DNA from: Nanobdellota archaeon
GTDB lineage: Archaea > Nanobdellota > Nanobdellia > Pacearchaeales > GW2011-AR1
Reading direction: 5' to 3'
DNA: 64,000 bases
NCBI GenBank assembly: GCA_049324275.1
Contig: JBMOLG010000004.1
Location: 29,279 to 93,278 of the forward strand
Positions 55,939-63,995 of the stretch are shown one piece after another; positions within the stretch are counted from its first letter, which is position 1, and every line of letters starts with the position of its first letter. The translations under genes and the position numbers were made by a program. The notes below the pieces were generated by a model. It ran no database searches, had not been told where the DNA came from, and saw only the letters and a program-made list of their open reading frames with translations.

Positions 55939-56008
55939 TTGGTGTAATTTTTCTTGGTTTCTTCGGTTAGATTTTGCACTTTGGTTAGGTTTGTGCAAAT
56001 TAGTTAAT
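55939..56008 (+). repeat. 70-bp perfect direct repeat, copy B (contains R copy 5 at 55975..55997)
   Basis: Identical to 55064..55133 and offset from it by 875 bp. Confidence 0.95.
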
Positions 56009-56035
56009 ATTGATGCTTTAATGGAATTTATTAAG

Positions 56036-56239
56036 CTAGTTAAAAGCATATTTTATTATTTGAATAAAACTGCTTATAAGGATAATCCATCCAGCAATTT
56101 GTGTTATAATAACGGGCAAAATTTCTATTTTTAGAGATTTAGAAATTAGAGCAAAGGATATGATTAATGATAATAAAATTTCTGAAATTATAAAAAATAA
56201 ATTTATAAAAGGATATTTATTTTGATCCATTTTACTCAC
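56036..56239 (-). CDS. Small membrane protein (2 TM)
   Basis: Two hydrophobic helices. Overlaps the upstream membrane-protein ORF by 8 nt. Confidence 0.4.
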   Translation of the reverse strand: MSKMDQNKYPFINLFFIISEILLSLIISFALISKSLKIEILPVIITQIAGWIILISSFIQIIKYAFN

Positions 56240-56525
56240 TAGTACCCTTAGATTTTTGAAAGTGAAATATGGTAAAAGGAATTATAAAAGATATAAGCAA
56301 AACTAAAAAATACGCTTCCATTAAGCTAGAAGTATAACCCAAATATAAAACCGAAGACATTATTTTCATATTTAGATCTGGATTAAAATTACATAATTTC
56401 CACGAATATTTAGAATTTGGAATCTCGGGGGCGATTTGACAAGGAATAAAATTGATAAACATTGAAGAGAAAAAAACTATCAATGCAAATGTAATAGAAT
56501 ATATTATTTTTTTTTGAAACCTCAT
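56232..56525 (-). CDS. Small membrane protein
   Basis: N-terminal signal anchor and a C-terminal TM helix. Confidence 0.4.
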   Translation of the reverse strand: MRFQKKIIYSITFALIVFFSSMFINFIPCQIAPEIPNSKYSWKLCNFNPDLNMKIMSSVLYLGYTSSLMEAYFLVLLISFIIPFTIFHFQKSKGTSE

Positions 56526-56657
56526 TTATCTAAATTAGAATAACTTATTTATAAATTTTTTCAGGAAAATTGTTATTTTTAGTTTATTTCAATTTTTTTA
56601 TGATAAAAGATAATTAGATCACAGTATATCGTCGATTAATAGTTGTTTGTTTAATAT

Positions 56658-56740
56658 TCAAACAGGTGTTTAAATTTAATTTATTACTTAGTCAAAAGGT
56701 GTTTAAAACATAAACAACTCAAACAGGTGTTTAAATTTAA
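56658..56740 (+). promoter_or_regulatory. Three AAACAGGTGTTTAAA-type boxes upstream of the 56779 gene
   Basis: TCAAACAGGTGTTTAAATTTAA occurs at 56658-56679 and again, identically, at 56719-56740. A degenerate AAAAGGTGTTTAAAA lies at 56694-56708. A TATA-like ATTTATAAA follows at about 56747-56755, about 28 nt before the ATG. Confidence 0.6.
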
Positions 56741-56778
56741 GAAAAATTTATAAACAACAAATAACTAAAATTTATAGG

Positions 56779-57414
56779 ATGTTTTGGTTTTTTGGCAAAA
56801 AAAAAGAGGTTAAAGAATTAAAAAGCAATATTCAAAATTCTTTTGATGCTGTTAAAGAAGATTTTGGAAAAATTGGACAATGGATTACTCATTTAGACGG
56901 AAAACATAAAACCCATGATGAAGATATTATAGAGTTAAAAGCTATTGTTTCTAGCCTGCAATCAGATGTTGAAGAGATAAAAGACTTTATTTCTTTTTTT
57001 GGACCACAGCTGTCCAAACAGCTGTCCAAACACCCCCAAACAGGTGTGGAGAAACAAACAGGTGTTGAACCTGTCCAAACAGCTGTCCAAACAGCTGTCC
57101 AAACAAGCATTTTATCTAATCTTACTGTGATGGAAAGAGCTATTGTGTGGGCTCTAATCAATTCTGATATGAAATTAAGTTACGAAGACCTAGCTGCATT
57201 GCTTGGTAAGGATAAAAGTACTATAAGGGGCCAAATAAATGCAATAAAACAGAAAAGTGAGGGTTTAATTGAGGAATCAACGGAGCCAAATGGTAAAAAG
57301 AGAGTATTTATTCCGGATAAAATCAAAGCTTTAATCGTAAAAAACGTAAAAGTGAGAGTTAAATCTAGTAAAAAAGTCAAAAAAGAGGAAAAAGAAGAGG
57401 AAATAAGAGAATAA
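56779..57414 (+). CDS. Coiled-coil / repeat-linker / winged-helix DNA-binding protein
   Basis: N-terminal heptad-like region, then linker QLSKQLSKHPQTGVEKQTGVEPVQTAVQTAVQT, then a wHTH-like LTVMERAIVWALINSDMKLSYEDLAALLGKDKSTIRGQINAIKQK and a Lys/Glu tail. Confidence 0.5.
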   Translation: MFWFFGKKKEVKELKSNIQNSFDAVKEDFGKIGQWITHLDGKHKTHDEDIIELKAIVSSLQSDVEEIKDFISFFGPQLSKQLSKHPQTGVEKQTGVEPVQTAVQTAVQTSILSNLTVMERAIVWALINSDMKLSYEDLAALLGKDKSTIRGQINAIKQKSEGLIEESTEPNGKKRVFIPDKIKALIVKNVKVRVKSSKKVKKEEKEEEIRE

Positions 57415-57570
57415 AGTGAGAATAAAATGACATATATTATAAATAAAGATGAAAGTGAGGGAAATAAGAGAATAAAATTTAAGTGAAATTAAGAAAAAAA
57501 GTGAGATAAACATAAATCAATAAAAATAAGAGAATAAGAAATATTAATCGGTATAACGAAAATTAAATAA

Positions 57571-58278
57571 TCACAGCTCTCTTAATTTAATTATTGTAGT
57601 TAAGGGGGCGATTTTTAATAGGTCTGGGGCGATTTTTAAAGTGATTTTTTTATTATTCTGCCTTATTTTTATAATAGGAATACCCTTACTCGAAATTTTA
57701 TTAATATAATCCCTAATAGAAGATTCACTTAAATTAAGATTATTTGCAATTATTTTATAAGTTATTTCTTCTATATTTTGCTCTTCTAATGAGTATAACA
57801 TCGAAAATACAACCATTTCCTGATTTGTTAAACGCTTGAATTTAAGCCTTATTTCCTTACGAATAGAATCGAGGGAATCTAGAATCTCGGTGGCTCTTTC
57901 AAATTCATTATTTTTAGTTAAATGTAGCTCAGAATAGCTATTTTCCATTTGTTGGTTTGTCTGTTGGTTTGTCTGTTGGTTTGTTGGTTTGTCTGTTGGA
58001 ACCCCCCTATTTCCTATGGAAACATCAAAATTTTGACCTTTTAGAGCTTCTTCTGCCTGTTGGACTGTTGGAATATGTGTTGGTATATCTGAAACGGAGG
58101 TATTATGCACTGGAATATGTGTTGGAGTTGTTGGATAAGGCTTATTAGAATTAATATTAAGCAATTCTGTGTTTAATTTTCTTAATTCTGTAATTTCTTC
58201 CCTTAATAAGTCAATTTCTTCCCTTAAAACATTAACATCTTGCTTTATTTTATTAAAAGCCTCTTTTATCAAATCCAT
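57571..58278 (-). CDS. Coiled-coil / repeat-linker / winged-helix DNA-binding protein (same architecture as 56779..57414)
   Basis: LREEIDLLREEITELRKLNTELL, then PTHIP and TNQQ repeats, then LTNQEMVVFSMLYSLEE..ITYKIIANNLNLSESSIRDYINKISSKGIPI. Confidence 0.5.
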   Translation of the reverse strand: MDLIKEAFNKIKQDVNVLREEIDLLREEITELRKLNTELLNINSNKPYPTTPTHIPVHNTSVSDIPTHIPTVQQAEEALKGQNFDVSIGNRGVPTDKPTNQQTNQQTNQQMENSYSELHLTKNNEFERATEILDSLDSIRKEIRLKFKRLTNQEMVVFSMLYSLEEQNIEEITYKIIANNLNLSESSIRDYINKISSKGIPIIKIRQNNKKITLKIAPDLLKIAPLTTIIKLREL

Positions 58279-58312
58279 GAAAATAGTTAAAGTACTAAGT
58301 TTATAATGTTAA

Positions 58313-58597
58313 TTATAATTTATTTGATAATTTTTTATATATATCATACGCTTTATTAGAAATTCTCCACCTTAATCTTCTAGAATAATCAATGCCCTTT
58401 GAATTTTTGACTACTTTTATTACCAATTCTTTTTCAAGTAAATCAAATAAGAGAACTTTAATGAATTCTTCATCTCTTGCCATTTCTCTTGCAATATCTG
58501 AAGTAAATGGCTGTTTCGGAAAAACATTATACAAATAAAATAAAATTTGTTCAAGAATTTTATCTTTCTTTTGCTTGCTTATTTTTGGCATTAACAT
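58313..58597 (-). CDS. Small winged-helix transcriptional regulator
   Basis: 94 aa. ILEQILFYLYNVFPKQPFTSDIAREMARDEEFIKVLLFDLLEKELV fits a wHTH recognition unit. Confidence 0.5.
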   Translation of the reverse strand: MLMPKISKQKKDKILEQILFYLYNVFPKQPFTSDIAREMARDEEFIKVLLFDLLEKELVIKVVKNSKGIDYSRRLRWRISNKAYDIYKKLSNKL

Positions 58598-58702
58598 GTT
58601 ATTCGGTTTTAATTTAAAAATCTGCCGATAATCTTTGGATCGGATAAAACTTATATACCTAGTTTTATTTTAAAAATAGAATTCTTAAAATTCTTATTTA
58701 AA

Positions 58703-61276
58703 ATGGAAAAATTTGAATTTATTAAAAATAGAAATAAAAATGAAATTATAGATAGTTTAGACCCTCTTGTAAAGGAGTGGTTTTTTTCAAGATTTAAAGA
58801 ATTTTCATTAACACAATCATATGGCGTTATGCCTATCTTTGAAAGAAAGAATATTTTAATTTCTGCTCCAACTGGCGGGACAAAAACCTTAACCGCTTTT
58901 TTAAGTATTTTAAATTATCTCATAATCCTTGCAAAAAGAAATGAGTTAGAAGATAGGGTTTATTGCACATATATCAGCCCATTAAGGGCCCTTAGCAATG
59001 ATGTATATATTAATTTGATTGTACCCTTAAAAGAAATAGAAGAAATTGCAGATAAAAATAAAATAAAAATACAAAAAATAAGGGTTGGGCTAAGAACAGG
59101 CGATACTTCTTTAAGTGAGCGAACAAAAATGATGAAAAAAGCTCCGCATATTTTAATAACAACCCCCGAAAGCCTTGCTATAATGATAAATTCGCCAAAA
59201 TTTTCTGAAAAATTTAATTTAATTGAATTTTGTATAATTGATGAAATACATTCTCTGGCTGAAAACAAAAGAGGAGTACATTTATCCCTAACAATTGAAC
59301 GGCTACAGGAATTATCCAGGATTGAAATTACGAGAATAGGTTTATCTGCAACTATTGCACCTTTAGAAAAAATAGCCTATTTTTTAGTAGGGGAAAATAG
59401 AGAATGTAAAATTGCAGAAGTAAAATTACAAAAAGCGATTGAATTGAAAGTGTTTAGCCCAATAGAAAATTTTCTTGAAACCAATTCTATTGAAATAAAC
59501 AAAAATTTGTATAAACTTATGGATGGCCTGATTGAACAGCATAAAACCACTTTGATATTTACAAATACCAGAAGCGCTACAGAAAGAGTTGTGCATAATC
59601 TAAGAGAAAGATTTCCAAAAAAATACCTTCAGACAATTGGGGCCCATCATTCTTCTCTAAGCAAGGAGCATAGATTTGAAATAGAAAATAAATTAAGAGA
59701 AGGAAAATTAAAGGTAGTCGTATGTTCCACATCATTAGAACTTGGGATTGATATTGGTTATGTAGACTTAGTTATATTATTAGGAAGCCCTAAATCTGTT
59801 TCAAGAGCTATGCAAAGAATAGGAAGAGCAGGGCATAGAATGCACGAACTTACAAAGGGATATTTTATAGTGAATGATATAGATGATTTAGTTGAATGTT
59901 CCATTATATTAAAAAATGTAAAAGAAAGTGTAATAGATAAAGTTCACATACCTGAAAATTGCCTTGATGTTCTTTCGCAACATATCTATGGGATGGCAAT
60001 TTCAAGAATTTGGAATGCAAATGATATGTTTAATTTGATAAGAAAAAGTTTCTGCTACAGAAATTTAACAAAAGAAGACTTTTTTTCAGTCATTTCTTAT
60101 TTATCAGGAGCTTATGAATTAAATGCAAAAAATATTTATTCAAAAATCTGGTTTGATGAAACTACCAAAGAAGTTGGAAAAAAAGGAAAATTAGCCCGGG
60201 TAATTTATATGACAAATATCGGAACAATTCCAGATGAAAGCTTTACCAATGTTGTTTGCAATAATCAAAAAATAGGGGCAATAGACGAATTATTTTTAGA
60301 AAGAATGAAAAAAGGAGATGTTTTTGTTTTGGGAGGATCAAAATATCAGTTTCTTTATACCAGGGGAATGAATGTTTATGTAAAAAGTGCTGAACATAGG
60401 AGACCCACGATTCCATCTTGGTTTTCTGAAATGCTTCCCCTAAGTTTTGATTCCGCGCTTTCTATCCAACGATTTAGGAAATTCTTGAATGAAAAATTTG
60501 AAAAGAACAAATCTCCAGACGAAATAAAGGAGTTCATAAAAAATTATGTTTTTGTTGATGATAAAACAAGTGAAAGCATATATAATTATTTTAAGGATCA
60601 ATTTAAATTTTCTTTAATTCCACATGAAAATAAAATATTAATTGAAGAATTTAAATCAGATAAGAACTATCTTGTTTTTCATACTTTATTTGGAAGAAGA
60701 GTAAATGATGCATTATCTAGAGCTGTTGCTTACAATGTTGCAAGTTCCGGAAAAAGAGATGTTGAGATAGGAATAAGTGACAATGGATTTTTCATTTCCG
60801 GGCCAGATTTAAATCTAGATAAAGTTGAAAAAGAATTCTTAAAATTAAATTCTGGAGATTTAAGAAAAATTTTAGAAGAAGCAATTGAAAAAACTGAAAT
60901 ATTAAAAAGAAGATTTAGGCATTGTGCTTCCAGGGGATTGATGATATTAAGAAGTTATAAGGGAAATATTAAAAGTGTCGGAAGGCAACAGATGTCCTCG
61001 CATTTTTTGCTTGCTGCTATTAACAAAAAGACAAAAAATTTTCCGATTTTAAAGGAGGCCAAAAGAGAGGTTTTGGAAGATTTAATGGACATTGAAAATG
61101 CTTCATTAACATTAGATTGGATTAAGCAGAATAGAATCAAAATTGAGAAAAAAAATACCCGGGCAGTTTCACCTTTTGCGATTAATTTGCTTCTTCAGGC
61201 TCATGCAGACGTCATTAGAATTGAAGACAAAATTGATTTTATTAAAAGAATCTATGCTGAGCTGAGAAAAGAATAA
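58703..61276 (+). CDS. lhr: Lhr-family ATP-dependent SF2 helicase
   Basis: Motifs SAPTGGTKT (I, atypical), DEIH (II), LSAT (III), TNTRS, HHSSLS, STSLELGIDIG and QRIGRAGHR (VI), plus a long C-terminal DEAD/DEAH-associated region. Confidence 0.8.
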   Translation: MEKFEFIKNRNKNEIIDSLDPLVKEWFFSRFKEFSLTQSYGVMPIFERKNILISAPTGGTKTLTAFLSILNYLIILAKRNELEDRVYCTYISPLRALSNDVYINLIVPLKEIEEIADKNKIKIQKIRVGLRTGDTSLSERTKMMKKAPHILITTPESLAIMINSPKFSEKFNLIEFCIIDEIHSLAENKRGVHLSLTIERLQELSRIEITRIGLSATIAPLEKIAYFLVGENRECKIAEVKLQKAIELKVFSPIENFLETNSIEINKNLYKLMDGLIEQHKTTLIFTNTRSATERVVHNLRERFPKKYLQTIGAHHSSLSKEHRFEIENKLREGKLKVVVCSTSLELGIDIGYVDLVILLGSPKSVSRAMQRIGRAGHRMHELTKGYFIVNDIDDLVECSIILKNVKESVIDKVHIPENCLDVLSQHIYGMAISRIWNANDMFNLIRKSFCYRNLTKEDFFSVISYLSGAYELNAKNIYSKIWFDETTKEVGKKGKLARVIYMTNIGTIPDESFTNVVCNNQKIGAIDELFLERMKKGDVFVLGGSKYQFLYTRGMNVYVKSAEHRRPTIPSWFSEMLPLSFDSALSIQRFRKFLNEKFEKNKSPDEIKEFIKNYVFVDDKTSESIYNYFKDQFKFSLIPHENKILIEEFKSDKNYLVFHTLFGRRVNDALSRAVAYNVASSGKRDVEIGISDNGFFISGPDLNLDKVEKEFLKLNSGDLRKILEEAIEKTEILKRRFRHCASRGLMILRSYKGNIKSVGRQQMSSHFLLAAINKKTKNFPILKEAKREVLEDLMDIENASLTLDWIKQNRIKIEKKNTRAVSPFAINLLLQAHADVIRIEDKIDFIKRIYAELRKE

Positions 61277-61330
61277 ACAATTAATATAGATTTGAAAAAA
61301 TTTTTAAAAAGAATCTATTATATATTCTAG

Positions 61331-62185
61331 ATGGAAAGATTTTATCTTAAATTAGGATTATTATTTATTATGTTTGTTATAGCAGGATGGATTATTAAGG
61401 CAAAAGAAATTTTAGTTTTCTCAAACATAGTCTTATCGGGATATTTAGTAATATCTTCTTTTATTTTTGGGATTTTAATAGCATTTAGCATATCCGGGCG
61501 GCGAGCAAGGCTAAATTCTATAAGAGAAAACCTAAGAGAACAGGATGCTATACTATTAAATATATATAATTTATCAAAGCTTTTTGGGAATAAAATAATA
61601 AAAAAAGTTAGGAATAAAATTGATGATTATCTTATATTACAATTAGATTATAAATTAGAAGATTTTGGAAAATCTATACAAGGATTAATGCGACTAAATG
61701 AGTTTTTAGAAAAGGTAGAATCCAAAACAAAATTGCAAGAAGAGGCAAAAAGCAAAATTTTAGACCAGGCTGATGAATTAACCAAGATTCATAAAAAAGT
61801 TTTTTATGAAGTTAAAGAAAAAATGATGGCTTATGATTGGTTTAGCTTGTTTATATTAAGCGGAGTAATAATTTTTTGCTTATTTTATATTAATAATAAC
61901 ACAATAATGTCTATTTTTATTACTGGAATTATTTCGACTTCATTGGTATTACTGTTCTTTATCTTAATTGAATTAGATAATCTTAAATGGCAAGAACAAA
62001 ATTGGATTTGGATACCAATATCTGAATTATTTTTAGAATTAGGATTAATGCCTTATTTTCCTGAAGAAGTTTTCAAGAAAAAAAGACTAAATTATAAAAA
62101 AATAAAGAAAAATGGAAAGATTAGAATTGCACATTATCCTGAAAAGTATCCAAATATGGCTGGAAAAACAGTAGAAATTGTTTAA
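61331..62185 (+). CDS. Membrane protein of unknown function
   Basis: Two N-terminal and two or three central TM helices separated by a helical soluble segment. Confidence 0.4.
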   Translation: MERFYLKLGLLFIMFVIAGWIIKAKEILVFSNIVLSGYLVISSFIFGILIAFSISGRRARLNSIRENLREQDAILLNIYNLSKLFGNKIIKKVRNKIDDYLILQLDYKLEDFGKSIQGLMRLNEFLEKVESKTKLQEEAKSKILDQADELTKIHKKVFYEVKEKMMAYDWFSLFILSGVIIFCLFYINNNTIMSIFITGIISTSLVLLFFILIELDNLKWQEQNWIWIPISELFLELGLMPYFPEEVFKKKRLNYKKIKKNGKIRIAHYPEKYPNMAGKTVEIV

Positions 62186-62209
62186 ATAATATTATTTCTT
62201 AACAAGTTT

Positions 62210-63022
62210 ATGAAAATTAATCAATTTGAAATAATAGATAGATGCTTATTTTGGCCTGAAAAGAAAATTTTGATAGTTGCAGATATACATTTGGGCTATG
62301 AAGAATATCTAAATGAGCTTGGATGGACTTTTCCAAAAACCCAATTTGAAGTTACTGAGAAAATTTTTGAAAAAATTTTTGAAAAAGTAGGAAAGGTATC
62401 AAAAATAATTATTTTAGGAGATATAAAGCATCATATTGGAGGAATTTTGAGAGAAGAATTTGGGGATTTTTATAAGATTACAAATTTATTTAGAAAAAAT
62501 TTAGTTGAAAATGGAGAAATTATTATAACAAAAGGCGACCATGATAAAATTTTAGAGCCTGTTATTAGAAATTATTCTTTTGTAAAATTAGTTAATTACT
62601 ATAAATTAGATAATTTAATGTTTTTTCATGGCAATAAAAAGGATTTTGATAAATATCAATTAGAAATTTTTGATACACAAAAAAAATCAAAAGATTTTGA
62701 TCATACCCCCAAAAAACTTAAAGAGAAACAGGAAAGTTTTAATACAAGTACTGGTTGTTTGGTAATTGGACATTTTCATCCTGCAATTATAATTGGACAG
62801 GATTCAAAAAGAGAAAGATATAAATGTTTTTTATTAGGTAAAATTAAGAAATATAATAAAAATTTGATTATTTTGCCAAGTTTTTTTCCCTTAATTGAAG
62901 GAACAAATATTTTAGAAGAACAATTATTAGAAAATTGGCTCAATATTGATAATTTTGATGTATATGTTTTAGATGAAAATGAAAATGTTTATGATTTTGG
63001 AAAAGTTAAAGAGTTAAGATAA
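62210..63022 (+). CDS. Calcineurin-like metallophosphoesterase (PdeM/MPE, SbcD-related)
   Basis: Metal-ligand blocks LIVADIHLGYEE, ILGDIKHH, KGDHDK and IGHFHP. Confidence 0.65.
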   Translation: MKINQFEIIDRCLFWPEKKILIVADIHLGYEEYLNELGWTFPKTQFEVTEKIFEKIFEKVGKVSKIIILGDIKHHIGGILREEFGDFYKITNLFRKNLVENGEIIITKGDHDKILEPVIRNYSFVKLVNYYKLDNLMFFHGNKKDFDKYQLEIFDTQKKSKDFDHTPKKLKEKQESFNTSTGCLVIGHFHPAIIIGQDSKRERYKCFLLGKIKKYNKNLIILPSFFPLIEGTNILEEQLLENWLNIDNFDVYVLDENENVYDFGKVKELR

Positions 63023-63113
63023 TTTTATTATGTTATAACATTAGAATAATTAATTCATTTTATATATAATTAACAGAATAAAATTTTATAAAAAAGAACA
63101 TTAACTGATTAAT

Positions 63114-63413
63114 ATGAATTGGGGCTTTGGTTTCACAGATAAGAATTTATATAAGGAATATAAAAAAAATAAAAAACATTTGCAGCCAGGTTTGATTGTC
63201 AATGATGGGAAAAGCGATTATATAACTGCTTCAAAAAAAAATAATTTTACAATAACTATAGAAGATTTAATTCTAAAATCTATCTTTGAAGATGATAAAA
63301 TTGATTTTAGCGAATTAGATGAGAAAGAGCTAAAAAAATATAGAATCATAGCAAAAGAAGAAATTAAAATTAGTTTAGACCTAATTTATAAGAATGAGTT
63401 TGATATAAAATAA
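63114..63413 (+). CDS. Hypothetical protein
   Basis: 99-aa ORF. No motif recognised. Confidence 0.35.
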   Translation: MNWGFGFTDKNLYKEYKKNKKHLQPGLIVNDGKSDYITASKKNNFTITIEDLILKSIFEDDKIDFSELDEKELKKYRIIAKEEIKISLDLIYKNEFDIK

Positions 63414-63602
63414 TTATATAATGGAATAATAAGCCAAAATTTGCAGGACACCATTAATTAAGAGCCAAAATCCTATTGCATAATTTATAATTTTAGGCCA
63501 AATTAGTATTATAATTCCGGCTATTATAGAAATTATGCTAGTGGGAGGATTAATGCAACCATAATATAATCAAATTTTTGGAATTTATATAATTTTTGAA
63601 TG

Positions 63603-63995
63603 TTATCTTTCAGCAGTTAGTCTGGATAATAAGCCTTTTCTTACTTGTTTAAATGTATTAAGCCAATCATTCCAATTATATTTTCCATTTGGATCAAAGT
63701 AGTTGGGCTCTAAAATCATTTCTCTTCCACAATAACCTCTGATTCTCACCCGGTCACATGAACCATCTATATTATAATCATCAAATCTTAATTCTCGGCT
63801 ATTATTGGGGTCATTAATAAGATATGTTATTCCTTTATTGGTTATATAAAATTTTGATAATACTCTTTGATGGGAGGTATTAAAATCAGTGTTTTCTATT
63901 TTTGGCAATATTAATTTTTGATAATTTGTTTTTGTATTTTGATTTTTAGTTCCAAGGGCAATACCTGCTGAGATTGCTATTATGGTTATTAGCAC
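63603..63995 (-). CDS. Hypothetical secreted or membrane-anchored protein
   Basis: N-terminal hydrophobic helix MLITIIAISAGIALG, then a soluble domain. Confidence 0.4.
   Translation of the reverse strand: MLITIIAISAGIALGTKNQNTKTNYQKLILPKIENTDFNTSHQRVLSKFYITNKGITYLINDPNNSRELRFDDYNIDGSCDRVRIRGYCGREMILEPNYFDPNGKYNWNDWLNTFKQVRKGLLSRLTAER

Noticed and set aside
54953-55997. Possible CRISPR array formed by the 23-nt R element.
   Set aside because: The spacing is irregular (about 73 to 404 bp) and the intervals contain ORFs. The repeat is shorter than typical archaeal CRISPR repeats. No cas genes or leader are present in the window.
53095-56008. Integron-like arrangement: a tyrosine recombinase followed by small cassettes. 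The R elements contain GTTRRRY-type cores (GTTAGGT, GTTAGAT, GTTAGGC).
   Set aside because: No matching inverse core (RYYYAAC) or attC-type imperfect hairpin accompanies the cores. The recombinase is Xer-sized (278 aa) with no room for the IntI-specific insertion. The 7-mer is low-information in this repeat. Formal exclusion would need HattCI or a covariance-model scan.
55871-56134. 87-aa plus-strand ORF.
   Set aside because: It is largely the translation of the 70-bp repeat copy B and the antisense of the 56036-56239 membrane-protein gene.
57955-58005. Relationship between the coding GTTGGTTTGTCT array and the R element (both contain GGTTTGT).
   Set aside because: The shared word is only about 7 nt in a T/G-rich context. 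That is too short to claim homology without statistics.
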